This document shows, piece after piece, positions 19,402 through 29,473 of a stretch of 64,000 nt of DNA (position 1 is the stretch's first letter; the number at the start of each line of letters is the position of its first letter). The stretch is from positions 6,247 through 70,246 of the forward strand of contig CAJUBX010000001.1 of assembly GCA_910585165.1 (NCBI GenBank). Reading direction: 5' to 3'. Under the pieces are notes generated by a model. That model searched no databases. It had not been told where the DNA came from and worked only from the letters and a program-made list of their open reading frames with translations. Made by a program: the position numbers and the translations under genes. This DNA comes from an uncultured Oscillibacter sp. Its GTDB lineage: Bacteria; Bacillota; Clostridia; Oscillospirales; Oscillospiraceae.

Positions 19402-20316
19402 ATGTATATCGGCATTGATGTAGGAGGCACCAACCTGAAGGCAGGCCTTGTGGACGAGACGGGCCGGATTGTAAAGGTTGAGCGGGTTCCCCTGGATTTT
19501 CAGGGGCCGGAGCGCTTTGCCGAGACGCTGGCGGAGCTGTCCAAAAAGGTTATGCAGGAAAAGGTTCGCTGGGTGGGCGTGGGCCTGCCTGGGGCGGTGG
19601 ACGGCGGCGACGTGCTCTTTACCACCAACATTCCCATGGAGAATGTCCCGCTGGAGCGGCTGTTCCGCCGGCATTTGGACCTTCCCCTGCTGCTGGGCAA
19701 CGACGCGGACTGCGCCGCCGTGGGCGAGTTTTTCGGCGGAGCGGGGAAGGGGACCCGGGATTTTGCCGTGGTGACGCTGGGCACCGGCGTGGGCGCGGGC
19801 CTCATCGTGAACGGAAAGCTTCGGGGAGGGCTTGCCTCCAGCGAGGCGGGCCATATGGTCATCTGCCGGGATGGCGAGCCCTGCAACTGCGGCCGCAAGG
19901 GCTGCTGGGAGCGCTATGCCTCCGCCACGGGACTGATTCAGCAGACAAAACGGGCCATGGAGGCCCACCCGGAGAGCGCGCTTCACCGGTTTGCCGCAGA
20001 GCGGGGCGTGGAGGGCCGGACGGCCTTTCAGGCGGCGGAGGCCGGGGACGAGACGGCCCTTGTCGTCTGCCGGGCGTATGTGGATTATTTGGCCTGCGGC
20101 CTGGCCAGCCTGGTCAACGTCCTGCGCCCTGAGGCGGTGGCCATCGGCGGCGGCGTGGCCGCCGCGCCGGAGCATCTTCTGCTGGAGCCTCTGCGGGAGG
20201 CTGTGGCGAGGGAGAGCTTCTCCCGCCACGGGGGCCGGGTCACGAGGATTCTTCCGGCAGAGCTGGGCAACGACGCGGGCATCATCGGCGCGGCGATGCT
20301 GGGCCGGGCGATGTAA
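19402..20316 (+). CDS. glcK: ROK family glucokinase
   Basis: IGIDVGGTN, GNDADCAAVGE, and a CNCGRKGCWE zinc motif. Confidence 0.9.
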   Translation: MYIGIDVGGTNLKAGLVDETGRIVKVERVPLDFQGPERFAETLAELSKKVMQEKVRWVGVGLPGAVDGGDVLFTTNIPMENVPLERLFRRHLDLPLLLGNDADCAAVGEFFGGAGKGTRDFAVVTLGTGVGAGLIVNGKLRGGLASSEAGHMVICRDGEPCNCGRKGCWERYASATGLIQQTKRAMEAHPESALHRFAAERGVEGRTAFQAAEAGDETALVVCRAYVDYLACGLASLVNVLRPEAVAIGGGVAAAPEHLLLEPLREAVARESFSRHGGRVTRILPAELGNDAGIIGAAMLGRAM

Positions 20317-20338
20317 GTTGAAAACAGGGAGGCCTTCC

Positions 20339-21256
20339 ATGGATTGGGTAACGGGGCTTGACAAACAGGTGAAGGACTATCTGCCGGACCTGCGGGTGCT
20401 AAGCGGGGAGCCTATGGCGAAGCACACCTCTTTCCGGGTGGGCGGCCCGGCCAGGCGGATGGCTTTTCCGGAGACGGGGGAGCAGCTGGTGCTGCTGCTG
20501 TCCATAGCCCGGGAGTGGGGGGCCCGTCCCCTGGTGATTGGAAACGGAACGAATCTGCTGGTCCCGGACGGGGGGCTGGACCGGCTGGTAATTGAGACCT
20601 CCGGCCTCTGCCGCCTGGAGGCGGGGAAGGAGCCGGGCAGCCTTGTGGCGGAATCCGGCGTTTCCCTGGCAAGAGTGGCGGATTTCGCCTGCAAACAAGG
20701 GCTTGCGGGGCTGGAATTTGCCCACGGCATCCCCGGCACGGTGGGCGGCGGCGTGTGTATGAACGCCGGGGCCTACGGCGGAGAGCTGAAACAGGTGGTT
20801 GCAAATGTGACGGCGCTGTTCCCGGAGGAGGGGATAAAGACTCTTGCCGGGGAGGATTTGGCCTTCGGCTACCGCAGGAGCTTTCTTGCGGACCACCCGG
20901 AGGCCGTGGTGCTGTCCGCCGTTTTCCATCTTGCTTCCGGCGACCCGGAGGTTATCCGGGAAACCATGCGGGACCTGATGGCCCGCCGGAAGGCCAGCCA
21001 GCCCCTGGAGCTTCCCAGCGCGGGGAGCACTTTTAAGCGGCCGGAGGGTTATTTTGCCGGAACCCTCATCGACCAATGCGGATTGAAGGGCCGGACGGTG
21101 GGCGGCGCGCAGGTCAGCGAGAAGCACGCGGGCTTCATCGTCAACCGGGGCGGAGCCACCTGTGCCGAGATTCAGGAGCTGATATGGCAGGTGCGGGAGG
21201 CCGTCTTTGAAAAGACCGGCGTCCAGCTGGAGCCGGAGGTCCGGTTTGTGGAGTAA
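20339..21256 (+). CDS. murB: UDP-N-acetylenolpyruvoylglucosamine reductase
   Basis: Start at MDWVTG after GGGAGG. HTSFRVGGPA, GNGTNLLV, GSTFKRP. Confidence 0.9.
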   Translation: MDWVTGLDKQVKDYLPDLRVLSGEPMAKHTSFRVGGPARRMAFPETGEQLVLLLSIAREWGARPLVIGNGTNLLVPDGGLDRLVIETSGLCRLEAGKEPGSLVAESGVSLARVADFACKQGLAGLEFAHGIPGTVGGGVCMNAGAYGGELKQVVANVTALFPEEGIKTLAGEDLAFGYRRSFLADHPEAVVLSAVFHLASGDPEVIRETMRDLMARRKASQPLELPSAGSTFKRPEGYFAGTLIDQCGLKGRTVGGAQVSEKHAGFIVNRGGATCAEIQELIWQVREAVFEKTGVQLEPEVRFVE

Positions 21257-21272
21257 AGGGGGAAGGGGTCCC

Positions 21273-22136
21273 ATGGAAATTCTGATTATCTCCGGCCTGT
21301 CCGGCGGGGGAAAGAGCAAGGCGGCGTCCTTTTTGGAGGACAGCGGCTTCTATATTGTGGACAATATGCCCGCCGCCATGATACTGAAATTCGCGGAGTT
21401 CTGCGCCGGAGGCGGCGGGCGGTACGCCCGGGCCGCCCTGGTGTACGACGTGCGGACGGCGGAATCCTTCAACGAGCTGTTTGACGTGCTGGACAAATTG
21501 AAGGGTATGGGCGGCGTCTGCCGGATGCTGTTTCTGGAGGCGTCTCCGGCCGCCATCATCAAGCGCTATAAGGAGACCCGGCGGCGGCATCCCCTGGAGA
21601 AGGAGGCCGACTCCCTGGAGGAGGCCGTGGAGAAGGAGCGGGAGCTGATGCTCCCGGTGAAGGAGCGGGCGGATTTTGTCATTGACACCACCCGGCTTTC
21701 CACCGCCAGACTGCGGCGGGAACTGATGAGTCTCTTTAACAGCGGAGAAGAACAGGCGGGCATGACGGTGAACGTCACCTCCTTTGGCTTCAAGTACGGA
21801 CTTCCCCTGGAGGCCGATTTGGTGCTGGACGTGCGGTTCATGCCGAATCCCTTTTACATAGAGGAGCTGCGGCATCAGACGGGCCTGGACGAGGCGGTGG
21901 CGGACTATGTGTTCGGCTTCCAGCAGACCCAGGATTTCCTCCGCAAGGTGGAGGACCTGCTGGGCTTTACCCTGCCGCTGTACGCAGAGGAGGGGAAGAC
22001 GGGACTGGTCATTGCCGTGGGCTGTACCGGCGGGCACCACCGCTCCGTGGCCATCGCCCATGCGCTGACGGAGTTTATCCGCAGGCAGGGCTACCAGACG
22101 GCGGAGCACCACCGGGATATGGAACGGGCCGTTTGA
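21273..22136 (+). CDS. rapZ: RNase adapter protein RapZ (YvcJ)
   Basis: MEILIISGLSGGGKS Walker A, FGFKYG, CTGGHHRSV. Confidence 0.9.
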   Translation: MEILIISGLSGGGKSKAASFLEDSGFYIVDNMPAAMILKFAEFCAGGGGRYARAALVYDVRTAESFNELFDVLDKLKGMGGVCRMLFLEASPAAIIKRYKETRRRHPLEKEADSLEEAVEKERELMLPVKERADFVIDTTRLSTARLRRELMSLFNSGEEQAGMTVNVTSFGFKYGLPLEADLVLDVRFMPNPFYIEELRHQTGLDEAVADYVFGFQQTQDFLRKVEDLLGFTLPLYAEEGKTGLVIAVGCTGGHHRSVAIAHALTEFIRRQGYQTAEHHRDMERAV

Positions 22137-22152
22137 GCCGGAAAGGAAACCT

Positions 22153-23181
22153 ATGGATTACCAGCCTTACCGCGTGCCCCGGAAGCAAGGTCCCCGGATT
22201 GCCGTCATCGGCGGCGGGCACGGCCTGTCCAACATGCTGCGGGGCTTGAAGGAGTACACGGAAAATCTTTCCGCCATTGTCACGGTGGCGGACGACGGCG
22301 GCGGCTCCGGCGCGCTGCGCCAGGACCTGAGGATGCCCCCTCCGGGGGACATTCGCAACTGCCTGGTAGCCCTGGCCAACACGGAGCCGCTGATGAAGCA
22401 GATGATGGACTACCGTTTCCAGGAAGGAACCCTGGCGGGACAGAGCTTCGGCAACCTCTTTTTGGCGGCGCTGAACGGCATTTCCCCCAGCTTCGACGCG
22501 GCGGTCCGCCGGATGAGCGAGGTGCTGGCCATCACCGGCCGGGTGCTGCCGGTTACCACCGCCGACGTGCAGCTGGAGGCGGAATTTGAGAACGGGGCCA
22601 GCGTCATTGGTGAGTCCAAGATTTTTCACTGCAAAAAGAAGGAGAACTGCCGGATTACCAAGGTGCGGCTGCTGCCGGAGCGCCCGAAAGCCCTGCCGGA
22701 AGCCCTGGCCGCCATCCATGAGGCGGACATGATCGTCCTGGGGCCGGGGAGCCTCTATACCAGCATCATTCCAAACCTGCTGGTGGACGGCATCGTGGAC
22801 GCCATCCGGGAATCCTCCGCTTTGAAAATTTACGTCTGCAATGTCATGACCCAGGAGGGGGAGACGGAGGGCTATACCGCTTCGGACCACATTGCGGCAT
22901 TGTTTCAGCACTCGGTACAGGGCCTGTTCCGGCTGTGCCTGGTAAACTCCTCGCCCATTCCCCAGGAGGCGGCGGAGCGCTACGCCCGGGAGGGAGCGGA
23001 GCTTCTGCGTTACGACACAAGGCGCTGCTCCGCCCTGGGGGTGGAACTGGTCAGCCGGCCCATCGCCATGATGCAGGACGGCTTTGTCCGCCATCATCCC
23101 GACAGGCTGGCCCAGGAATTGATTTTGCTTCACGCCGAGCGGAACGTCCGCATTGCCGGGGGACGCTACCGGATTGAGTGA
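22153..23181 (+). CDS. yvcK: YvcK/CofD-like gluconeogenesis (morphogenesis) factor
   Basis: IAVIGGGHGLS, TVADDGGGSG, GPGSLYTSI. Confidence 0.9.
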   Translation: MDYQPYRVPRKQGPRIAVIGGGHGLSNMLRGLKEYTENLSAIVTVADDGGGSGALRQDLRMPPPGDIRNCLVALANTEPLMKQMMDYRFQEGTLAGQSFGNLFLAALNGISPSFDAAVRRMSEVLAITGRVLPVTTADVQLEAEFENGASVIGESKIFHCKKKENCRITKVRLLPERPKALPEALAAIHEADMIVLGPGSLYTSIIPNLLVDGIVDAIRESSALKIYVCNVMTQEGETEGYTASDHIAALFQHSVQGLFRLCLVNSSPIPQEAAERYAREGAELLRYDTRRCSALGVELVSRPIAMMQDGFVRHHPDRLAQELILLHAERNVRIAGGRYRIE

Positions 23182-23226
23182 TGTGAAAATACTTTACAGA
23201 TATTGCGGGTTAGGAGGTTTTTGCGG

Positions 23227-24126
23227 GTGTCCTTTTCCTTTGACACGAAAAATGAGCTTTGCAGGCTTCCGGTTCAGCGGCGGTGCTGCGCCCAGGCGGA
23301 GGCTTATGGAATTCTGCTCTACTGCCACACCTTCAGCTCCTCCGAGGTCCGCATCATTACGGAAAACCCCAATTTCGCGGCCCGCCTCCCACGGCTGTTC
23401 CAAAGGGCCTTCGATCTCAGCTTCGACCGCCGGCCGGACCAGGACCAGAGCGGAAAGATGGTATTCCAAATCCGGTCGCGGGAAAAGCTGGACCACATTA
23501 TTGACCAGCTGGGTTATGACCCCCGGCAGAGCCTGGCCCTCCACATCAACTTTGCCATGGTGGAGGAGGAGTGCTGCCGGGCGGCGTTTCTCCGGGGGTG
23601 CTTTTTCGCCGGGGGAAGCATCACGGACCCATTCAAGCGGTATCATCTGGAGCTGACCGGCTCTCACCTCCAGGCCAGTCGGGAATTGGAGGTCCTGCTC
23701 CGTGAGAGCGGCTATCCTCCAAAGAGCGTGGCCCGGAACGGCAGCTCCGTTACCTACTTCAAGCAAAGCCGCCAGATCGAGGACTTTCTGACCCTCATCG
23801 GCGCCCCGGCGGCGGCCATGCGGATTATGTCCGCCAAGGTGGAAAAGGACATCCGCAACAGCGTGAACCGGCGGCTGAACTGCGACAGCGCCAACCTGGA
23901 CAAGGCGGTGGAGGCTGCCCAGAACCAGGGGGCCTGCATCCGTAAGCTGGAGGCGGCTGGGCGGCTTCAAGAGCTGCCGGACAAGCTCCAGGAGACGGCA
24001 GCCCTGCGGCTGGCCCACCCGGAGCTGAGCCTCAGCGAGCTGGCGGAGCTGTTTGACCCGCCGGTGACGAAATCCTGTTTGAACCACCGCCTGCGGAAGC
24101 TGGCGGAGCTGGCGGAGGGACTGTAG
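23227..24126 (+). CDS. whiA: DNA-binding protein WhiA
   Basis: GTG start 8 nt after GGAGG gives (V)SFSFDTKNEL. C-terminal HTH with LSLSELAE. Confidence 0.9.
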   Translation: MSFSFDTKNELCRLPVQRRCCAQAEAYGILLYCHTFSSSEVRIITENPNFAARLPRLFQRAFDLSFDRRPDQDQSGKMVFQIRSREKLDHIIDQLGYDPRQSLALHINFAMVEEECCRAAFLRGCFFAGGSITDPFKRYHLELTGSHLQASRELEVLLRESGYPPKSVARNGSSVTYFKQSRQIEDFLTLIGAPAAAMRIMSAKVEKDIRNSVNRRLNCDSANLDKAVEAAQNQGACIRKLEAAGRLQELPDKLQETAALRLAHPELSLSELAELFDPPVTKSCLNHRLRKLAELAEGL

Positions 24127-24151
24127 GCGGTGGGATAGGACGGGGAGTAGA

Positions 24152-25231
24152 GTGATGCGGCATCAATTTCACAGTGAGCTGGCCTGCGACGAGGTTTGGT
24201 ACCGGCTGAATATTCTGCTGCAAAACTTTGCCGTCTGTGGGCCGAAGCGGTGTGAGGTCCGGGGCGAGCTGGCGGCGTGGGGCTGTTATCTCTGGCTGAG
24301 AAGACCGGGCGGATACGGCGGAACGCCCGTTCCGCTCCGGTTGTGGACGGAGGAGGGTGAAACGCCGGGTTGTGAGATCGTCTGTACCTTTTTGCCGTCG
24401 GGGCGAGAATGGCGATGGCTGCTGATTATCGGCGGCGGCCTTTGGCTGGAAGCGTTTTTTGCCGGACTTGCAGGCGGTGTCCCCTTTTTTCGGGCGCTGC
24501 TGGCCGGACTTGTGGTTGGAAGCATCGCTTCCGCCGTGCTTAGTTTCCTAATTTTCGGTCTTGCGCGCCTCCTCTCCCTGAGGCGTGAACGGGAACTACT
24601 CCAATGGATTCAGGCATATCTGCTTCTCCAAGAGCCGGAGGGCATTCTGCTGCCGGATTTGGAAACGCAGAAGGCCGTATGGGCGGGTTTCCTGCCGGAG
24701 GCGGAACCAGTCGAAAAGCGTCGCTTCGTGTTTCACAGCCCGCTGCCGCCGGAGAAGCTGCCTGCTGCGCTGGAAGCATGGGCCTCTCCGCAGAATCTGC
24801 GGCATGCAGGCCGTGAGGTCAAATGGTCCGTCGAGAGCCGGAGAAACCGTGTGAAGATTTCCCGGGTGGAAATAGAATGGGGGCAGGAGGAGGGGAGGCA
24901 AAGAGGCCCGGGCTTTTTTGCGGTCTCCTCCGCTCGGTTCAAATCCTGGCAATACGCGAATCCCTTCTGGGGAGCTGTCGAACCGGATGGACGGGGAGGA
25001 AGCGTTTTGCCGGGGGCGTTTCTGCCGCACCGCCTTTTCACGGCTCTGCGGCTGCTGGCTGCTCTGGCGGTCTGCCTTGCCCTCTGCCTGAATTTACCGC
25101 TTCGCCTGGCGCTGCCGCTGTCCCTTGCCGCGGCGGGACTCTTTGTGATTCCAGTCTGGAAAAGCCCTTTGAAGAACCCCGGTTCGCTCGAGATTTTGAG
25201 GTTCCTGCAAACATATTTGGAGGAGATGTAA
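24152..25231 (+). CDS. Hypothetical membrane protein
   Basis: 359 aa. Several hydrophobic segments, no family recognised. Fills the gap between whiA and dnaE with a 1-nt spacer. Confidence 0.55.
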   Translation: MMRHQFHSELACDEVWYRLNILLQNFAVCGPKRCEVRGELAAWGCYLWLRRPGGYGGTPVPLRLWTEEGETPGCEIVCTFLPSGREWRWLLIIGGGLWLEAFFAGLAGGVPFFRALLAGLVVGSIASAVLSFLIFGLARLLSLRRERELLQWIQAYLLLQEPEGILLPDLETQKAVWAGFLPEAEPVEKRRFVFHSPLPPEKLPAALEAWASPQNLRHAGREVKWSVESRRNRVKISRVEIEWGQEEGRQRGPGFFAVSSARFKSWQYANPFWGAVEPDGRGGSVLPGAFLPHRLFTALRLLAALAVCLALCLNLPLRLALPLSLAAAGLFVIPVWKSPLKNPGSLEILRFLQTYLEEM

Positions 25232-25232
25232 T

Positions 25233-28200
25233 ATGTCCTTTGTCCACCTGCATGTTCATACGGAATACAGCCTTCTGGACGGCGCGTGCCGCATCCGGGA
25301 TCTGCCGAAAACCGTAAAGGAGCTGGGGCAGACCGCCTGCGCCGTCACGGATCACGGGGTTATGTACGGCGCGGTGGATTTTTACCGGGCCTGCAAGGCG
25401 GAGGGCGTAAAGCCCATCATCGGCTGTGAGGTCTATGTCACGGCCCAGGGCCGCCGCCTCACCGACAAGGTCCATGAGTTCGACTCCGAAAGCCGCCACC
25501 TGGTTCTCCTCTGCGAAAACGAGGAGGGTTACCGGAACCTCTCCTACATGGTTTCCATGGCCTGGACCGAGGGCTTTTACATCAAGCCCCGGATTGATTT
25601 GGAGCTTCTCCGGGAGCACAGCCGGGGACTGGTGGCCCTCTCTGCTTGCCTGGCGGGAGAGATTCCCAGGCGGCTTCGAAACGGGGAGTACGAAGCCGCC
25701 AAGCGCTACGCCCTGGAGCTGGCGGAAATTTTCGGGCCGGACCGCTTCTACCTGGAGCTCCAGGACCATGGCATCCGGGACCAGGCGGTGGTAAACCGGG
25801 GAATTCTCCGCATTCATGAGGAGACGGGGCTGCCCATGGTCTGCACCAACGACGCACACTACCTTCGGAAGGAGGATGCCGAGGCCCACGACGTGCTTTT
25901 GTGCATCCAGACGGGGAAGACCCTGGACGACGAGAACCGGATGCGCTACGAGCCCCGGAATTTCTACCTCCGCAGCGAGGCGGAGATGGCGGAGCTGTTT
26001 TCCGGATACGAGGGGGCCCTGGAGAACACGGCAAAGGTGGCAGAGCTCTGCAACATGGACTTCACCTTCGGCAAGTACCACCTGCCGGAGTTCCGGCTGC
26101 CTACTGGCTATGACAGCTTCTCCTATTTAAAAAAGCTCTGTGACGAGGGTTACCGAGCCCGCTATGGAGAGGATGAGGCCCACCGGGAGCAGCTCCAATA
26201 TGAGCAGGACATGATTGAGAAGATGGGGTTCACGGATTACTTCCTCATTGTCTCCGACTTTGTCCGTTATGCCCGGAGCGTGGGCATCCCTGTGGGACCC
26301 GGCCGGGGCAGCGCGGCGGGGTCCATGGTCAGCTACTGTCTCTATATCACGGACATTGACCCGGTGAAATACGGCCTCTACTTTGAGCGCTTCCTGAACC
26401 CGGAGCGGGTGAGCATGCCGGATATCGACATGGACTTCGGCGACACCCGCCGGGGGGAGGTTATCGAGTATGTCCGCCGGAAGTACGGAGACGAGCATGT
26501 GGCCCAAATCGTGACGTTTGGCACCATGGCCGCCCGTGGCGTGGTCCGGGACGTGGGACGGGTCATGAATCTGCCTTATGCCGAGGTGGACCAGATTGCC
26601 AAGCAGATTCCCAATCCCCCTGGGGCTCATATTACCCTGGCGGACGCGCTGCGGCTGACAAAGTCCCTCAGTGACCTTTATAACAGCGACGAGACGGTAA
26701 AGCGCCTCATTGACACCGCCCAAATGCTGGAGGGTATGCCCCGGAACGCCTCCACCCACGCTGCTGGAGTGGTGATCACGAAGCGGCCCGTTTACGAGTA
26801 TGTCCCCCTGGCGAAGAATGACGACATCGTGGTCTGCCAGTACGGTATGGTAACGCTGGAGGAGCTGGGGCTTTTAAAAATGGACTTCCTGGCTCTGCGG
26901 AACCTGACGGTGCTGGAGGACGCGGTACAGCTTTTGAAGCAGCGTCAGCCGGATTTCCGACTGGCGGATATCCCGGAGGAGGACCCGGAAACCTACGAGA
27001 TGCTGGCGACGGGGAAGACCTCCGGCGTGTTCCAGATGGAGTCCACCGGCATGACCGGCGTGTGCGTGGGGCTGAAGCCCCAGAACATTGAGGATATCAC
27101 CGCCATCATCGCCCTCTACCGCCCCGGCCCTATGGATTCCATTCCCCGCTTCATCGCCTGCAAGCAGGACCCCAAGCTCATCAAGTATCGCCATCCCTCC
27201 CTGGAGCCCATTTTGTCCGTTACCTACGGCTGCATCGTCTACCAGGAGCAGGTGATCAAGATTTTCCAGGACCTGGCCGGGTATTCTCTGGGTCAGGCGG
27301 ACATGGTCCGCCGGGCCATGAGCAAGAAGAAGGCCAAGGACATCGAGAAGGAGAGGGAGGCGTTTCTCCACGGAGACCCGGGGCGGAACATCTCCGGCTG
27401 TGTGGCGAACGGCATCCCTGAGTCCACGGCAGAGGCCATTTACCAGGAAATTTACGATTTCGCCAACTACGCGTTCAACAAGGCCCACGCGGTCAGCTAT
27501 GCGGTGGTGGCCTATCAGACGGCGTATTTCAAGTGCCACTACACTCGGGAGTACATGGCGGCGCTGCTGACCTCCGTGCTGGACAATTCCGACAAAGTGG
27601 CGGGCTATATCAACGAGTGCTGGGACTGCGGCATTGCCCTGCTGCCGCCGGATATCAGCTGTTCCATGGACCGCTTTACCGTGGAGGAGGGGGGTATCCG
27701 CTTCGGTCTGGTAGCCATCAAAAACATCGGCCGGGGGTTTATCCAGGCCGTGATGAAGGAACGGGAGGAAGCGGGGTCCTTTGCCTCCCTCCACGACTTC
27801 TGCCGCCGCATGGCGGGCAGCGACATGAACAAGCGGGCTTTGGAGAATCTGATCCGGGCCGGAGCGTTTGACTCCACCGGAGCCCGGCGGTCCCAGCTGA
27901 TCCGGGTCTATGAAAAAGTGCTGGACGCCGCCTCCGCCCGCCAGCGGCAGAACCTGGAGGGACAGCTGGACTTTTTCGGCATGTCCGCCGGAAGCTCCTC
28001 CCGGACGGCGGAGGAAATTCACCTGCCGGACGTTCCGGAGTTCACCGCCCAGGAACGGATGACCATGGAGAAGGAGACCACCGGCCTTTACCTCTCCGGC
28101 CACCCGATGGACGCGTACCGGGATATTGTACAGCGGCTGCGGGCGCCCTCAATAGGCAGCGTTCTGGCGGACTTTTCCCAGGAAAACGGCCCCACCCGGT

Positions 28201-28721
28201 TTGCCGACGGGCAGTATCTGACCCTGGCGGGGGTCATTACCTCCAGCAAGACCAAGACCACCAAGAACAACAGCCTCATGGCCTATGTGGTGTTAGAGGA
28301 CGAGACCGGAAGCATAGAAATGCTGTGCTTCAGCCGGACGCTGGACAGCTGCGGGCCCTACCTCCGGGAAAACCAGGCCGTGGTGGTGAAGGGGAAGCTG
28401 TCCGTCCGGGACGAGAAGTCCCCCCAGCTGATGTGCGATTCCGCCTATCCCCTGGAGACGGCGGGGGAAGGGGCTCCGATCCCCGCCGCAAAGGACGGAA
28501 AGATTGTGGAGGGGGAGACGCTGTATCTGAAGTTTCCCTCTTTGGACCACCCGTCCCTGCGGCATATGAAGCTGGTGTTCACCATGTTCCCCGGCGACGC
28601 CCAGGTAAAAATGGTCATGGCGGATACCCGGAAGATTTACGGGACCCGGGCGCTGCTCCACAAGGCCCTGCTTGAGGAGGCCAGGGAGGTCCTGGGAGAG
28701 GAAAACGTGGCCGTCAAATAA
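25233..28721 (+). CDS. dnaE: DNA polymerase III alpha subunit (DnaE type)
   Basis: 1162 aa. PHP domain FVHLHVHTEYSLLDG, catalytic PDIDMDF, OB-fold C-terminus. Confidence 0.97.
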   Translation: MSFVHLHVHTEYSLLDGACRIRDLPKTVKELGQTACAVTDHGVMYGAVDFYRACKAEGVKPIIGCEVYVTAQGRRLTDKVHEFDSESRHLVLLCENEEGYRNLSYMVSMAWTEGFYIKPRIDLELLREHSRGLVALSACLAGEIPRRLRNGEYEAAKRYALELAEIFGPDRFYLELQDHGIRDQAVVNRGILRIHEETGLPMVCTNDAHYLRKEDAEAHDVLLCIQTGKTLDDENRMRYEPRNFYLRSEAEMAELFSGYEGALENTAKVAELCNMDFTFGKYHLPEFRLPTGYDSFSYLKKLCDEGYRARYGEDEAHREQLQYEQDMIEKMGFTDYFLIVSDFVRYARSVGIPVGPGRGSAAGSMVSYCLYITDIDPVKYGLYFERFLNPERVSMPDIDMDFGDTRRGEVIEYVRRKYGDEHVAQIVTFGTMAARGVVRDVGRVMNLPYAEVDQIAKQIPNPPGAHITLADALRLTKSLSDLYNSDETVKRLIDTAQMLEGMPRNASTHAAGVVITKRPVYEYVPLAKNDDIVVCQYGMVTLEELGLLKMDFLALRNLTVLEDAVQLLKQRQPDFRLADIPEEDPETYEMLATGKTSGVFQMESTGMTGVCVGLKPQNIEDITAIIALYRPGPMDSIPRFIACKQDPKLIKYRHPSLEPILSVTYGCIVYQEQVIKIFQDLAGYSLGQADMVRRAMSKKKAKDIEKEREAFLHGDPGRNISGCVANGIPESTAEAIYQEIYDFANYAFNKAHAVSYAVVAYQTAYFKCHYTREYMAALLTSVLDNSDKVAGYINECWDCGIALLPPDISCSMDRFTVEEGGIRFGLVAIKNIGRGFIQAVMKEREEAGSFASLHDFCRRMAGSDMNKRALENLIRAGAFDSTGARRSQLIRVYEKVLDAASARQRQNLEGQLDFFGMSAGSSSRTAEEIHLPDVPEFTAQERMTMEKETTGLYLSGHPMDAYRDIVQRLRAPSIGSVLADFSQENGPTRFADGQYLTLAGVITSSKTKTTKNNSLMAYVVLEDETGSIEMLCFSRTLDSCGPYLRENQAVVVKGKLSVRDEKSPQLMCDSAYPLETAGEGAPIPAAKDGKIVEGETLYLKFPSLDHPSLRHMKLVFTMFPGDAQVKMVMADTRKIYGTRALLHKALLEEAREVLGEENVAVK

Positions 28722-28762
28722 AAAAGGAAGCGGGTACGGAGGTTCGTACCCGCTTCCTTTTT
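28720..28762. terminator. Bidirectional rho-independent terminator
   Basis: A-run, ggaagcgggtacg-(loop)-cgtacccgcttcc, T-run. Confidence 0.8.
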
Positions 28763-29285
28763 ATGAATTTTCCGCTAAAAACAGCTGGACAATCTGAGTG
28801 TACAGCGCTTCCGGCTGTTCCTGAAACCGTTTTGCCGCCGCCTTGGCCTGGGCCTGATCCACCATCATCAGCTTGAGGTCCATGATCCCGCCCTTGTCGT
28901 CGGTCAGCTGGAAGCGCGCCGTATAGGTGCCGTTGGGCCGCCGCTCTATGGAGGACTTCACCTGCCGGCGGCGGCGGAGCTTCCGGTTCCACTCCTCCAG
29001 ATTTTTGTCACAGCGCTGCCGGACGGAGTAGGGGAGGCTGGACTCGCAGGCGGCGCCGTTCCGGCGGCCTTTGTCCGTAAGGGCATAGAGGCCGTTTTGG
29101 TCCAAGGTCAAATGCTCCGTGCGTACCAGGTCGGCAAGGCAGTCGGAGAAATCGAAATAGTCGATGGCGTCGTCGCAGAGGGTCAGGTCCAAAATAGTGT
29201 CAAAGGGGACCGGTTCCTCCACCCTGGCGGCGATGTAGAGGATGAGAAATTTGATTTCCAGCTTGTCCTGGATAAAACCGGGCAT
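28761..29285 (-). CDS. DUF4364 family protein
   Basis: 174 aa. IKFLILYIA...DYFDFSDCLADLV is typical of DUF4364. Confidence 0.7.
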   Translation of the reverse strand: MPGFIQDKLEIKFLILYIAARVEEPVPFDTILDLTLCDDAIDYFDFSDCLADLVRTEHLTLDQNGLYALTDKGRRNGAACESSLPYSVRQRCDKNLEEWNRKLRRRRQVKSSIERRPNGTYTARFQLTDDKGGIMDLKLMMVDQAQAKAAAKRFQEQPEALYTQIVQLFLAENS

Positions 29286-29473
29286 AGGCCGCCTCCTCTC
29301 CGGCGTTCATCCGCCGCGATTTTTCTTTATTATACTCCGCCAGGGCCGAAAACACAAGCCCGGCGGGAAGGGCCTTTTGGGAAATTTGTCGGAATTTGGG
29401 GAAAAGCACCTTGACGGCTCCCTTAGACATTGGTATCATAGGAACAGTTTAAAACAGGAAAGGCGGCGGCGAG